DNA of 64,000 nucleotides from Opitutia bacterium (GTDB lineage: Bacteria; Verrucomicrobiota; Verrucomicrobiia; Opitutales; T3Sed10-336): the NCBI GenBank assembly GCA_050506795.1, contig JBJHCF010000017.1:1-64000 (forward strand). The letters are read 5' to 3'. Below the pieces are notes generated by a model. It was not told where the DNA came from and ran no database searches. It saw only the letters and a list, made by a program, of their open reading frames with translations. The stretch's first letter is position 1, and the number at the start of each line of letters is the position of its first letter. Below are positions 36,500 through 47,418 of this stretch, one piece after another. The translations under genes were made by a program, and so were the position numbers.

Positions 36500-38194
36500 T
36501 CAGAATCGGAAGATGGCGCCGAAACGTTTGCCCAGCAGGGTGTTGGCGGCCACAATGGTGACGGCGAGGAAAAGCATCGCCCACACGCCCAGGGCCGAAG
36601 CCAGGAAACGGCCGTCGCCCATCAGTTGGAACAGTTCGTAGATCGCCTTGGTGATCGGGTAAAAGCCCTGTTGTTGCGCGAGTATCAGAGAGTCGGATAC
36701 TTCGAGCATGGCGAAGGAGAAACAGAGCAACGCTCCCGCCAGGATGTTGGCGCTAATGAGAGGAAGGGTGATCTTGAGAACCGCTTTCGCCGGCGGGCAG
36801 CCGAGATTGCGCGCGGCCTCCTCGTATTCCTCGCTGGTTTGCTGAAACCCGGCCGCGGCCGCACGTACCATGAAGGGAAGACGGCGCACCGCGTAGGCGA
36901 TCACCAGCAGAATAGTGGGGTCTTCCAGGGGGTTGAGAAAGCTGAAGAACTTGCCCTCGCGACTCATGGCCAGGTAACCGAAGGCGATGACAATGCCCGG
37001 GACAGCGAGAGGCAGCATGGCGACCGAGTCGAGAATGTGACGTCCGGGCAGCCGGGTGCGCACCACCACGTAGGCGATGCAAACGCCCAGGACGATGTCG
37101 ACGATGGCCGAAAGGCTGGCGTATTTGAGGCTGTTTCCGATAGAGGAAACGGTGAGGGAGTGTCCCAGGGCCAGTTGGTAGTTTTCCAGCGTCCAGGAGT
37201 CGGGCAGGACCGAAGCGTACCAGTCCTGCGAGAAAGAAATAAAAAGGACCCCAAGGTGAGGAAGAATGGCGATCAGGGTCACCCCGAGAAAAATCGCGCT
37301 GCACGCCCATGACGCCGTTCGCGAGAGGCGACGGGGCGGGCGCGCCACCGTCGCCCGGGCCATCATGGCGTGATGGGCCTTGCCGAAGAATCCTTTACCC
37401 AGGGCGTAAAAGAGAAGTGTGAAAAGCAGAATGACGATGACCAACGCGAAGGGGAACGGGTTGGCGCCGATGTCGCGAATCCCGGCGAAGATCTGCACCG
37501 AGGTCACACGGGTGTAATCGAAGATCAGGGGCACGCCCAGTTCGGTGAAAGACCAGATGAAAACGATGGTGCCGCCGGCGAAGATTCCCGGTCGGATCAG
37601 CGGGTAGGTCACCCGGCGAAATCTCCGGAAACCGCGGCAGCCGAGATTCTCCGCCGCTTCCTCCATGGCCGGATCGACGTTGGCCAGGGCCGCCACCAGG
37701 TTGAGGAAAAAAATGGGATAGAGGTGAAGGGCGTTCATGATCACCACCCCCCAGAAACGCCCGCGGCCCAGCCAGTCGATGGTGGCTCCGTCGGTCAGCA
37801 GGCCGGCGTGGGTCAACAGGGCGTTGACCGCGCCGTATTGGCCGAGCATCTGTTTGATTCCCATGGCGCCGACGAACGGAGGCAGGATAATGGGAATCAG
37901 AACGAGCGCGGTCAGCAGGGCTTTGCCGGGAAAGGCGTAGCGGTCGGCCAGGAAGGCCAGGGGCATGGCGATGAGAAACGAGAGCAGGGTGGAGAATACA
38001 CCCATCATGAAGGCGTTGCGGAGACCCTCCAGATAGATGGGGTTGGCGAACACCTCGAAAATATAGGCCAGGGTGATCCTGCCGTCGGCATCAATGACCG
38101 CACCCTGCAAAATTTGCCAGATGGGCCAGACGAAAAAGGCGGCGAAGAACGTCCCGGTGAAGGCGAAAATGGCAATGGAAAAGGATCGCGACAT
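36500..38194 (-). CDS. Iron(III)/thiamine-type ABC transporter permease (FbpB-like, duplicated domain)
   Basis: Two EAA loops (MEEAAENLG, YEEAARNLG), PPFVGA, PLAVPGIVIAFG. Confidence 0.9.
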   Translation of the reverse strand: MSRSFSIAIFAFTGTFFAAFFVWPIWQILQGAVIDADGRITLAYIFEVFANPIYLEGLRNAFMMGVFSTLLSFLIAMPLAFLADRYAFPGKALLTALVLIPIILPPFVGAMGIKQMLGQYGAVNALLTHAGLLTDGATIDWLGRGRFWGVVIMNALHLYPIFFLNLVAALANVDPAMEEAAENLGCRGFRRFRRVTYPLIRPGIFAGGTIVFIWSFTELGVPLIFDYTRVTSVQIFAGIRDIGANPFPFALVIVILLFTLLFYALGKGFFGKAHHAMMARATVARPPRRLSRTASWACSAIFLGVTLIAILPHLGVLFISFSQDWYASVLPDSWTLENYQLALGHSLTVSSIGNSLKYASLSAIVDIVLGVCIAYVVVRTRLPGRHILDSVAMLPLAVPGIVIAFGYLAMSREGKFFSFLNPLEDPTILLVIAYAVRRLPFMVRAAAAGFQQTSEEYEEAARNLGCPPAKAVLKITLPLISANILAGALLCFSFAMLEVSDSLILAQQQGFYPITKAIYELFQLMGDGRFLASALGVWAMLFLAVTIVAANTLLGKRFGAIFRF

Positions 38195-40042
38195 TTATTC
38201 GTGGATCTCGCTGGCGAGGTGCCATACTTCAGGTGAGCGCCAGAGACGGGAGATCAGGAGTTCGCGCTCGCTGGTGAATTCCTTTGGCAGGCGGTCGTAA
38301 AGACGAAGAAAGAAACTCTCGTGCTGGTGCACCTCCTCCATCCAGAGTTTGCGGTCGACCGACATCAATGCTTCGAACCGTGCGAAAGGAAAGTCGTCCA
38401 TGCCGGTCCAGTCGAGGTCCTTGTAGCGGGGGATCCATCCGAGGGGGCACTCCAGCGCGTAGGCTCGGCCGTGGGCGCGCTGCACGATCCACTTCAGCAC
38501 CCGCATGTTTTCGCCGAACCCGGGCCAAAGGAATTTCCCGTCACTCCCCTTGCGAAACCAGTTGACCATGAAGATACGGGGTGGGTTGGGCAGGTTGCGT
38601 CCCACGTTGAGCCAGTGATTGAAATAGTCGCCCATGTGATAGCCGCAGAACGGCAGCATGGCCATGGGGTCGTTGCGAACATCGCCTACGGAGCCGGCGG
38701 CCGCGGCGGTTTTCTCGGAGCCCATGGTGGCGCCCAGATACACGCCGTGAGACCAGTTGAAGGCCTGCGAGACGAGGGGAACGGTGACCGAGCGCCGGCC
38801 GCCGAAAATAAGGGCGCTGATGGGCACGCCGTTAGGGTTCTCCCATTGCGGGTCGATACAGGGGCACTGCGAGGCGGGCGCGGTGAAACGGGCATTGGGG
38901 TGGGCTGCCGGGCGACCGCAGTCGCGGGTCCAGGGTTCGCCTCTCCAGTCGATGAGTTCGGGCGGCGGTTCGTCGGTCATCCCCTCCCACCAGACATCCC
39001 CGTCGGGCGTCAGCGCGACGTTGGTGAAGATGGTGTTCGCTTTGATGGATGCCATGGCGTTGGGATTTGATTTCACCGAGGTTCCAGGAGCCACGCCGAA
39101 AAAACCGGCTTCCGGATTGATGGCGTGCAGGCGTCCGTCCTTGCCGGTCTTGATCCAGGCGATGTCGTCTCCCACAGTGGTGATTTTCCAGCCATTGAGG
39201 GGCTCGGGCGGGATCAGCATCGCGAAATTGGTTTTGCCGCAGGCGCTGGGAAAGGCCGCCGCGACGTAGGTCTTTTTTCCTTCCGGTGACTCCACTCCGA
39301 GAATGAGCATGTGTTCCGCCAGCCAGCCCTCCTCGCGTGCTATAACCGAGGCGATGCGCAGGGCCAGGCACTTTTTTCCCAGCAACGCGTTGCCCCCATA
39401 GCCGCTGCCGTAGGACCAAATGGAGCGTTCCTCCGGGAAGTGAACGATGTATTTGGTTTGTTTGTTGCAGGGCCACGGGACGTCCGTCTCCCCGGGCTGG
39501 ATTGGAGCGCCCACCGAGTGCAGGCAGGGAACGAAGGGGCCTTTGCCCAGTCTTCCCAGCACCGCCTTACCGATTCGCGTCATAAGCCGCATATTGACCA
39601 CGACATAGGGGGAATCGGTGACCTGTACCCCGATTTGCGCCATGGGCGAGCCGATCGGACCCATGCTGAAGGGAATGACATAGAGGGTGCGGCCGCGCAT
39701 GCAGCCATCGAAAAGACCCATCAGTTCCCGTTTCATGGCGCGGGGTTCGCGCCAGTTGTTGGTGGGTCCGGCATCCCCTTTGCGCAAGCTGCATATATAG
39801 GTGCGATCTTCCACCCGGGCCACGTCGTCCGGGTCGGAGCGGCAGCAGAAGCTGTTGGGCCGCTTTTCAGGATTGAGCCGGATAAAGGTGCCGGATTCCA
39901 CCATCTGCCCGCAGAGGCGCTCGTTCTCCTCAATGGAGCCATCGCACCAGTGGACTTCGTCCGGCTGGCACAGGGCGGCGACGCGGTTGACCCACTCGTT
40001 GACGTTCTTTTGGCCCGGTGCGGTTATGGCGGAGATCTTCAT
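38195..40042 (-). CDS. pckG: Phosphoenolpyruvate carboxykinase (GTP)
   Basis: [59 protein letters not shown]. Confidence 0.97.
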   Translation of the reverse strand: MKISAITAPGQKNVNEWVNRVAALCQPDEVHWCDGSIEENERLCGQMVESGTFIRLNPEKRPNSFCCRSDPDDVARVEDRTYICSLRKGDAGPTNNWREPRAMKRELMGLFDGCMRGRTLYVIPFSMGPIGSPMAQIGVQVTDSPYVVVNMRLMTRIGKAVLGRLGKGPFVPCLHSVGAPIQPGETDVPWPCNKQTKYIVHFPEERSIWSYGSGYGGNALLGKKCLALRIASVIAREEGWLAEHMLILGVESPEGKKTYVAAAFPSACGKTNFAMLIPPEPLNGWKITTVGDDIAWIKTGKDGRLHAINPEAGFFGVAPGTSVKSNPNAMASIKANTIFTNVALTPDGDVWWEGMTDEPPPELIDWRGEPWTRDCGRPAAHPNARFTAPASQCPCIDPQWENPNGVPISALIFGGRRSVTVPLVSQAFNWSHGVYLGATMGSEKTAAAAGSVGDVRNDPMAMLPFCGYHMGDYFNHWLNVGRNLPNPPRIFMVNWFRKGSDGKFLWPGFGENMRVLKWIVQRAHGRAYALECPLGWIPRYKDLDWTGMDDFPFARFEALMSVDRKLWMEEVHQHESFFLRLYDRLPKEFTSERELLISRLWRSPEVWHLASEIHE

Positions 40043-40074
40043 TTGATCGAACGTGTCGTGACGGGATGAAATCG

Positions 40075-41772
40075 CTACATTTTTCCGTGTCGAATGATGG
40101 AAACGAGCAGTCCAAAGCCCATCACCGCCGCCAGCAGGAAGCCGACCAGTCCGATGATGGGGATATCGTTCCAGGTGGGCGGCAACCGGGCGTGGACCAT
40201 GAGTGAGGAGCCCACGATCAGGGCCGCCAGCACGATGGCGAATGCGATTCGATTGCTGATGCGTTCAAGCCCCTGAATAAGTGGGCCGAGGCCGTGGTGT
40301 TCGAAGGCGAGGCGGGCCTTGCCGAGCTCTACGGCACGCACCAGGGTTCGCAGGTCTTCCGGCAGGTCCTTGATGAACTCGAGGGCGCTCAGGCCGGAAT
40401 CCACCAGGTTGCGGGTGAGGCGCGACGGCCGGGTGCGATTCAGGCGCATCCGGCGGACGTAGGGTTTGGTTTCCTTGAGGATGTCGAATTGAGGGTCGAG
40501 TTTGCGAACGACGCTCTCGAAAGTGGCGACGGCTTTGATCAGCAGGAAAATGGCCATCGGGATGCGCAGGCCGTGCCGGGTGGTCTTGTGCAATAATTCC
40601 TGCAGCAGGCGACCGAAGCTCATTTCACCGATCGGCTTGTAGAAGTGCAGCGTCATGAATTCGGCCACGTCGGCTTCCAGGGGAGCGCGCTCGGGTGGAC
40701 GTTGGGACGAAGTCAACTTGAGCAGGGAATCGGTGGCGGCGGATTCATCGTGACGCGAGATATGGTAAAGGAGATCGGCAAACTGCTCCCGCAAAGTGAG
40801 ATTCATCCGGCCCATCATGCCGAAATCGATGAAAGCGATTCTCTGGCTGGGCAGGACGAAAAGGTTTCCCGCGTGCGGATCGGCGTGGAAAAAACCGTGC
40901 TCGAAGATTTGTTTCATCATCAGTTCTGCAGTTTCATGGGCGATGCGGCGCAGGTCGTAGCCCTTTTCCCGCAACAGCTCCAATTTGGTGGCCTTGATGC
41001 CGTCCAGGAATTCCATGGTGAGCACCTTTTCGCTTGAAAGCGGGGTGAAAACCTGAGGCACGTGCACGGTGGAATTACCGTGGAATTGATGACGAAACCG
41101 CTGGATGTGGGAAGCTTCGATGTGGAAATCGAGTTCCTTGCGCAGCATGTGTGACATTTGCCGAATGATCCGGGTCGGCTGGTGGACGCTCCAGCCCTCC
41201 ACATGCTTCTCCATCAGACCGGCGAGGGTTTCCATGATCTCCAGGTCGGTTTCGATCTGTTGGCGCAGGCCAGGTCGCTGGACTTTGACCACCACCCGTT
41301 CGCCCGAAGCCAGACGGGCTTTGTGGATCTGGGCGATGGATGCGGCGGCCAGGGGTTCCTTGTCGAATTCGGTAAAGAGGGTGTTCAGCCGGGCGCCCAA
41401 TTCCTGCTCGATCCGATCTTTGATCTCGGAATACGGCACTGCCGGCACCTCGTCCTCCAGTTTGTGCAGTTCGTTGAGGTACTCCTCGGGGATGAGATCC
41501 GCCCTTGTGGCCAGAATCTGGCCCATCTTGACGAATGTCGGTCCCAGGTCCTGCAAGGCCAGGCGCAACCGCACCGGGCGGGAGCGTTCAGCTACCTCCT
41601 TCCCCCTTGTTCGGCGTCGGTTCAGACGCAGGGCCGAGCCGAGGTAGCGATTGGCCTGCACCAGTTGCCGAAACTCGTCGAAGCCGTACTTGAGGAAAAT
41701 AGTGATGACCTCGCGGTAACGTTGGACGTGATGGTAGGTGCGGCTGAGGGCTCCATAAGAATAGAAAGACAT
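40075..41772 (-). CDS. ABC1/AarF/UbiB family protein kinase
   Basis: [51 protein letters not shown]-terminal TM pair. Confidence 0.93.
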   Translation of the reverse strand: MSFYSYGALSRTYHHVQRYREVITIFLKYGFDEFRQLVQANRYLGSALRLNRRRTRGKEVAERSRPVRLRLALQDLGPTFVKMGQILATRADLIPEEYLNELHKLEDEVPAVPYSEIKDRIEQELGARLNTLFTEFDKEPLAAASIAQIHKARLASGERVVVKVQRPGLRQQIETDLEIMETLAGLMEKHVEGWSVHQPTRIIRQMSHMLRKELDFHIEASHIQRFRHQFHGNSTVHVPQVFTPLSSEKVLTMEFLDGIKATKLELLREKGYDLRRIAHETAELMMKQIFEHGFFHADPHAGNLFVLPSQRIAFIDFGMMGRMNLTLREQFADLLYHISRHDESAATDSLLKLTSSQRPPERAPLEADVAEFMTLHFYKPIGEMSFGRLLQELLHKTTRHGLRIPMAIFLLIKAVATFESVVRKLDPQFDILKETKPYVRRMRLNRTRPSRLTRNLVDSGLSALEFIKDLPEDLRTLVRAVELGKARLAFEHHGLGPLIQGLERISNRIAFAIVLAALIVGSSLMVHARLPPTWNDIPIIGLVGFLLAAVMGFGLLVSIIRHGKM

Positions 41773-41926
41773 AACGATTTTCGTTGATTATGGCATAAGT
41801 TAGCCAAACTGGCGGGCGGGCGGCAATGGGAATCGCAGCGACGGTTGCCGGGATCGGCCGCAAATTACGTTTCCCCTTGAAACCCGTGGCCGGATGCGTT
41901 GAGGTGATCTTTTTCCAGCAACGCCT

Positions 41927-42883
41927 ATGAAAATTGATTTACCAGATGGACGCCAGATCGACCTTCCGCTCGCGAAGCTGGTCTGGATACCGGTGGCCGC
42001 TTTGATCGTGGTAGCCGCCCTGACCGTGTTTTATCAGGTCGATACCGATGAGCAGGGCGTCGTCCTGCGTTTCGGCCGGCACCTGCAAACCACCGGTCCC
42101 GGCCTGCACTTCAAGCTCCCTTATCCGATCGATCAGGTCTACAAGGTTCGCACCCAGACGGTCGATGTGCAGGAGTTTGGTTACCGCACCCAGAGCCGAG
42201 CCGGAATTGTCACCCGGGGATATGAAGAGGAAAGCTCCATGCTGACCGGGGACTTGAACATCGTGCGGGCCAGTTGGGCCGTGCAGTTCAGCCGCCGCTA
42301 TCCGGAGGAATTCCTTTTTAACGTCAAGGATCCCGAGGACACACTCCGCGATATCGCGCAGTCGGTGATGCGGGAAGTGATGGGTGACCGCGCCAGTATT
42401 CCGATCCTGACCGTTGGCCGGGCCGAGATTCAGGTTCGCGCCCGAGAGTTGATCCAGGAATATGTCGACCAGTTTGAAATGGGAATCCATGTCAGCGCCG
42501 TCAACCTGACCCAGGTCGAGCCTCCCGTGCCGGTGATCGATGCCTTCAACGACCTGAACCGAGCCGAACAGGACGCGCAGCGTTTCTTTGAGGAAGCGTC
42601 CCGCGAGTACGAAGAACGCGTTCCCCGGGCTCGAGGGGAGGCGGAACGTTTGGTTCTAGAGGCGGAGGGTTTTCTTCAGAGACGAACCAACGTCGCCCGA
42701 GGGGAGGCTCAGCGTTTCATCGATACGGTTGAGGCTTACGAACTGGCGCCGAACGTAACCCGTCGCCGTTTATATTTGGAGACTATGGAACAGCTCGTGC
42801 CCGAGTTACGCGAGGTCATTGTCATCGACCAGGAAATGCAGTCTCTTCTGCCTCACATCAACCTGCGGGAGGCCAACCGATGA
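41927..42883 (+). CDS. hflK: FtsH protease modulator HflK
   Basis: N-terminal TM, GVVLRFG..GPGLHFK, MLTGDLNI, AF.D, A.GEA.RF, RRLYLETM. Confidence 0.92.
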   Translation: MKIDLPDGRQIDLPLAKLVWIPVAALIVVAALTVFYQVDTDEQGVVLRFGRHLQTTGPGLHFKLPYPIDQVYKVRTQTVDVQEFGYRTQSRAGIVTRGYEEESSMLTGDLNIVRASWAVQFSRRYPEEFLFNVKDPEDTLRDIAQSVMREVMGDRASIPILTVGRAEIQVRARELIQEYVDQFEMGIHVSAVNLTQVEPPVPVIDAFNDLNRAEQDAQRFFEEASREYEERVPRARGEAERLVLEAEGFLQRRTNVARGEAQRFIDTVEAYELAPNVTRRRLYLETMEQLVPELREVIVIDQEMQSLLPHINLREANR

Positions 42884-43974
42884 AAAACACATTTAATAGA
42901 TTTAGAGAAAAAGCGGGCCATGTCCCCACCGCGGTGGTTGCGGGGCTGGCGCTGGTCCTGGTCCTCGTGCTGCTGCTGGTCAATTCCCTTTTTATTGTCA
43001 ACGAATGGCAGCAGGCCGTGGTGACCCGTTTCGGTGAAGTGGTCTCCGAACCGGTGACCGACGCCGGACTGCATTTCAAGATGCCGTACTACCGGGTCCA
43101 GATTTACGACAAACGCTTGATGCGTCTTGACGGTTCTGCGACCTCGGCTATCACCCGCGACCGCAAGCGGGTGCAGATCGACGTGACCGCGCGCTGGCGC
43201 ATCGAGGATGCGCGACGTTTCCGCGAGACCATCAATACGGAAGCCAACGCCGACCAGCGTCTGTTCAGCATTATCGACGAAGCGGTTCGCAACCAGATCG
43301 GACAATTCGATCTTTATCAGGTTATTCGCAGCAGTAACCGAATCCTCGAAGTGGATGAGGGTTACGAGCTTGTCCTGGACGATGTTGATATTGAAGAGCT
43401 GGAAATGGAGGAACTCGCCACCCTTGGCGCGGAAGTGGAGGAGTTGGAGCGGGATGCCGAAGGCCAATTTCTGGCCGGTCGCCCCGTGGTCATCGAACAC
43501 ATCCTCGAGGCCGCACGTGAGCAACTTGAGCGCGTCGACCTTGGAATTCATCTGCAGGACATCCTCATCAAGCAGCTCAACTACACGACCGAGATCGAGG
43601 AAACGGTTTTCGCTCAGATGAACGCCGAGCTGAACAAGATTTCCGCCGGGATTCGTTCGCACGGTCAGCGCCGGGCGGAGGAGAGGCTGGGTGAGATGGA
43701 ACGCGAGTTGGCCACCATCAGCAGCCGCGCCCAGGAAAGGGCCGAGCGGATTCGGGGTCAGGCCGAAGCGGAGGCCACCCGGACCTATGCGGAAGCCTAC
43801 AACCGGGATCCTCACTTCTACCAGTTTCTGCGTACGCTGGAGAGTTACGAAACGATCCTGGGCGGCAACAGCACCCTGGTCATCGGCACCGACAGTCCAC
43901 TGTTCGGACTGTTCAAGGACCTGGCCACCATGGAGGTGGACGTGGAAGAACTCGGTTTGGGTGATTCAGAGTGA
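42880..43974 (+). CDS. hflC: FtsH protease modulator HflC
   Basis: AVVTRFG, AGLHFKMP, T.D.K...D...WRI.D, IRG.AEAEA...YA.AY..DP.FY.F.R.LE.Y; 4-nt overlap with hflK. Confidence 0.92.
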   Translation: MKNTFNRFREKAGHVPTAVVAGLALVLVLVLLLVNSLFIVNEWQQAVVTRFGEVVSEPVTDAGLHFKMPYYRVQIYDKRLMRLDGSATSAITRDRKRVQIDVTARWRIEDARRFRETINTEANADQRLFSIIDEAVRNQIGQFDLYQVIRSSNRILEVDEGYELVLDDVDIEELEMEELATLGAEVEELERDAEGQFLAGRPVVIEHILEAAREQLERVDLGIHLQDILIKQLNYTTEIEETVFAQMNAELNKISAGIRSHGQRRAEERLGEMERELATISSRAQERAERIRGQAEAEATRTYAEAYNRDPHFYQFLRTLESYETILGGNSTLVIGTDSPLFGLFKDLATMEVDVEELGLGDSE

Positions 43975-44004
43975 CCGCGCGTGGGCAGCCACCCGCGGCG
44001 GCGC

Positions 44005-45270
44005 ATGAAAAACGGGTTTTATAACGAATTCGATTACGAGACTCTCGAATTGAAAGGGATCGCGGATTACCGCGGTCCCTTTCAAATCGACCGGGATCGG
44101 GTGATTTATTCCCACGCTTTCCGACGCCTTCAGTCCAAGACCCAGGTCTTTCTCTCCGGGGAATACGATTTCTACCGAACCCGGCTGACTCACTCGCTGG
44201 AAGTCGCTCAGATAGGACGATCCATCTGCCGCTTCCTCCGCAGCCGGGGAGATCCTCTCTCGGACGGGTTTTTTATCGATGAGGATCTGGTGGAGGCCGT
44301 GTGTCTGTCGCACGATCTCGGGCACCCGCCCTTCGGGCATTCGGGAGAGCGCGCTTTGCATGAACTGATGCGTGCGGACGGGGGTTTTGAAGGAAACGCG
44401 CAGACCCTGCGGATTGTCACCGAGTGTATTTATCAGAACGCATCGGGCCACCGCGGCATGAAGCCGACCCGGGCGTTTTTGGATGGAATTCTCAAGTACA
44501 AGCGGTTGCACGAAGAGGGAAACGACCCGGACAACCATTTCATCTACGACGAACAAGCGGTCTACCGTGGATTTGTTTTTGGAGAACGGCCGGCGCCGCC
44601 GGAGTGGGGTGACGGGGAGAAGATCAACGGCCTGAAAAGCATCGAATGCCAGATTATGGATTGGGCCGACGACACCGCCTACTCACTGAACGATATCGTC
44701 GACGGTGTCCGGGCGGGATTCCTCAACTCCGAGAAGATTCGGGTTTGGCGTGAACGATCCGACCTTTCCGAGGTGGGAAGTGACGCGATCGAAACGCTGC
44801 TTCGGGCCATCGAAGAGGATCGGTTGGAGCCGGTTTTCAGCCGGAAAATCGGTCACTTTCTGCAGGCGGTGCGCCTGGAGCCGACGGTGAACTTCCTGTC
44901 CGACCTGAGCAATCGTCACTGTTTCTTTTTGGCTGTTGATCCGGCCATCCGGGAGGAAGCCGAGGTGTACAAATGTTTGGCGTACGAGGTGATATTTCGT
45001 TCCGCGCCCCTGCAGCAGATAGAATTCAAGGGAGCGATTATCCTGGAGAAACTGTTCCGGGCGCTGTGCGATCATTACCTCGATGGCGCTCGTCGCCGCA
45101 TCGATTTTCTGCCGGACCCCGCAGCATCCCTGTTGGAGGCCCAGCCGGATTGCCGGAAGAAGAAACGACTGCTGGCCGATTATCTGGCTTCCATGACCGA
45201 CAATGCGGCCATTCGAACCTACAAGCGCCTCTTCGATCCGGATTTCGGCTCGATCATGGAGATCCTCTGA
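44005..45270 (+). CDS. dgt: dGTP triphosphohydrolase (HD superfamily)
   Basis: DRDRVIYS.AFRRLQ.KTQV, RTRLTHSLEV, HDLGHPPFGH.GE, FEGNAQ, MDWADD.AY, MTD. Confidence 0.93.
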   Translation: MKNGFYNEFDYETLELKGIADYRGPFQIDRDRVIYSHAFRRLQSKTQVFLSGEYDFYRTRLTHSLEVAQIGRSICRFLRSRGDPLSDGFFIDEDLVEAVCLSHDLGHPPFGHSGERALHELMRADGGFEGNAQTLRIVTECIYQNASGHRGMKPTRAFLDGILKYKRLHEEGNDPDNHFIYDEQAVYRGFVFGERPAPPEWGDGEKINGLKSIECQIMDWADDTAYSLNDIVDGVRAGFLNSEKIRVWRERSDLSEVGSDAIETLLRAIEEDRLEPVFSRKIGHFLQAVRLEPTVNFLSDLSNRHCFFLAVDPAIREEAEVYKCLAYEVIFRSAPLQQIEFKGAIILEKLFRALCDHYLDGARRRIDFLPDPAASLLEAQPDCRKKKRLLADYLASMTDNAAIRTYKRLFDPDFGSIMEIL

Positions 45271-45324
45271 TCGCGCGGAAGTTTCGGGTTGTGGAACGTC
45301 GCCCGAGCTTCCATAAGGATATTT

Positions 45325-45768
45325 ATGCCCAAGATCGATACGGACCAGGTCGCGATGATCCTCAACCAAAATGAACTTCCGCCGCCGGTGGTGGAACGGA
45401 TAATGCGGGATATTTCCCGTCAGGTGGAGGAGGAACAGCGGGCGAAGGAAGAGGAGAAAGCGCCCAAGAAGAAGCGCCAGTATGTGATCCTGATCTCGGA
45501 TCCGGAATCCGAGTTGCCCAAGAAGGATCTGGTCGGTTGGGTGGTGCAGATTCCCGAGGAGGACAGTCCGCTCAGTGCCCAGGAAAGGATTCAGAAGGCA
45601 GCCTACGAATTCAATGCCAGCCCGCGCGGCCGTAAATTGCCCGCGCTGAGCATGGGGGAGGCGATCGAAAGCGTCAGTGCGAAGTTCTTCAAGGAACAGG
45701 AAGTCGCCATCAAGACCAAGGTGCCGGTGCTGGCGTTGAGGACCGACAACAAGCTGCCAACCGGGTAG
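45325..45768 (+). CDS. Conserved hypothetical protein
   Basis: Co-directional ORF after dgt, with AAGGA upstream of ATG 45325; charged, coding-like composition. Confidence 0.75.
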   Translation: MPKIDTDQVAMILNQNELPPPVVERIMRDISRQVEEEQRAKEEEKAPKKKRQYVILISDPESELPKKDLVGWVVQIPEEDSPLSAQERIQKAAYEFNASPRGRKLPALSMGEAIESVSAKFFKEQEVAIKTKVPVLALRTDNKLPTG

Positions 45769-45793
45769 CTTGTCGATCGGTCGAATCCGGCTA

Positions 45794-45847
45794 GATCAGA
45801 CTGATCCGTCCGATCCGTCTGGTCGGACCGATCGGACCGATCGAATA
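45794..45847. repeat. 9-bp tandem repeat (GATCGGACC-like), about 6 units
   Basis: GATCAGACT GATCCGTCC GATCCGTCT GGTCGGACC GATCGGACC GATCGAATA. Confidence 0.7.
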
Positions 45848-45854
45848 AATCACG

Positions 45855-46880
45855 ATGCAGCACGAACACAGTTTTACGGTACCGGAGGGGATTTTCCGGG
45901 TGCGGGCTGACAAGGTTCTGGCGGCTGGATTTCCCGCCTACAGTCGCACGGCTCTGCAGCGCGCTTTTGAGGAGGGGGGCGTGTTGCGAGAGGGAGTGGC
46001 GCTGGGGCAGCGCGATCCCGTATCCTCGGGAGAGGTGCTGGTTTTTTCTCTGCCGGAGGTCAGGCCTCTGGGGCTGAAGGCCATGCCGATTCCCTTGGAG
46101 GTGGTGTACGAGGACGAGGCCTTGGTCGCGGTCAACAAGCCCAGCGGTATGGTGGTGCACCCCGGCGCCGGCACCCGCGAGGACACGTTGGTGCATGCCC
46201 TGCTGGCGCATTGCGCGGGTCAATTGAGTGGCATCGGCGGGGTGGAGCGCCCGGGAATTGTCCACCGGCTGGACAAGGATACTTCGGGGTTGATTGTGGC
46301 TGCCAAAACCGATGAGGCCCACAGGGAGTTGGCCCGTCAGTTCGGCGAACGGGAAGTTCAGAAAGAGTACCTGGCCCTGGTCGGCGGTGTTCCCGAATTG
46401 CTTTCCGGGTCGATTGTTGACGCCATTGGGCGCCATCCCGTCCATCGTCACAAAATGGCCGTCGTCCCGGCGGAAAAGGGGCGTTCCGCCCATACCGACT
46501 GGGAACGGGTGGAGGTTTTTGGTTCCAGTGCCGCCCTGCTGAGGTGCCGTATCCACACCGGCCGTACGCACCAGATCCGGGTGCACCTGAGTTCGCGGCG
46601 CCACCCGCTTCTCGGCGACGCCGTGTACGGTTACCGGAATCCGGAGGCGATCGCCCAGGCCCCGCGGAGGGTCATGCTGCATGCCGAAACCCTAAGGTTC
46701 AGGCATCCGGTGACCGAGGAACCATTGCGCCTGGTGGCTCCGCTCGCGGCGGATTTTCAGGCGATGCTGGATTTATTGCGCGGGTTGCCTTCCCAGGGTA
46801 TCAGGCGTGAGAATTCTCGCACGGAGGCACGCCCTCGACGAGCTCGGGGCGGTGAGAGACACAGAGGGCAAGAAAAATGA
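45855..46880 (+). CDS. rluD: RluA/RluD family pseudouridine synthase
   Basis: S4-like N-terminus, VNKPSGMVVHPGAG, RPGIVHRLDKDTSG, TGRTHQIRVH, GD.VYG, MLHA. Confidence 0.9.
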   Translation: MQHEHSFTVPEGIFRVRADKVLAAGFPAYSRTALQRAFEEGGVLREGVALGQRDPVSSGEVLVFSLPEVRPLGLKAMPIPLEVVYEDEALVAVNKPSGMVVHPGAGTREDTLVHALLAHCAGQLSGIGGVERPGIVHRLDKDTSGLIVAAKTDEAHRELARQFGEREVQKEYLALVGGVPELLSGSIVDAIGRHPVHRHKMAVVPAEKGRSAHTDWERVEVFGSSAALLRCRIHTGRTHQIRVHLSSRRHPLLGDAVYGYRNPEAIAQAPRRVMLHAETLRFRHPVTEEPLRLVAPLAADFQAMLDLLRGLPSQGIRRENSRTEARPRRARGGERHRGQEK

Positions 46881-46981
46881 ATTAGGAATTCAGATACGGC
46901 AGCGTTAACCTCGGCGCGGCGATTCGCATTCCGACCGGCGTCGATCGCTCCACCCGGGAACCAGGAACAGGACTCAGCCCA

Positions 46982-47302
46982 TTATTCCTGGTTTACCTTT
47001 TTGGCGAGGTTGCCCAGCTTGACTTCGAGCGATTTGATCCGGCTCTCAAGCTTCTGTAATTCGGCTTCGCTGACCGGTTTCTCCCGTTTCCACCACTCGC
47101 GGACGGCCTGGTGGACTTCATTGGTGGTCGATTCGAATTCCCGGCGGCTTTCTTCGACGATTTTTTCCGCCATTTTTTCCGCTTCGGTACGGGTCATTTT
47201 GCCTTGCTCCACCATCTCGTGAAGGATCTTCTGCACTTGTTCCTTGGTGGTGACGGTTGCGCCGATTCCGGCATAGACGGTTTTCTTAAGTATATCGAGC
47301 AT
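46982..47302 (-). CDS. Phasin-like small coiled-coil protein
   Basis: KK..YAGIGA...TKE.....E.VE.G.MT..EA pattern; C-terminal ELQKLESRIKSLE; start placed at ATG 47302. Confidence 0.75.
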   Translation of the reverse strand: MLDILKKTVYAGIGATVTTKEQVQKILHEMVEQGKMTRTEAEKMAEKIVEESRREFESTTNEVHQAVREWWKREKPVSEAELQKLESRIKSLEVKLGNLAKKVNQE

Positions 47303-47418
47303 TTTTGCCTCCTTGGGGACTTTCGTTTGGATTGGATACACTGTCGCCTAAAACGGATCCGTTTTCAAGCAATTGCTGATGGCAGGCTTGCGATTCGGGC
47401 GATTGCCCCGGGAAACGG

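Noticed and set aside
44005..45270. Anti-phage dGTPase defence gene
   Set aside because: It sits in a housekeeping run (hflKC, rluD) with canonical motifs and no defence-island context.
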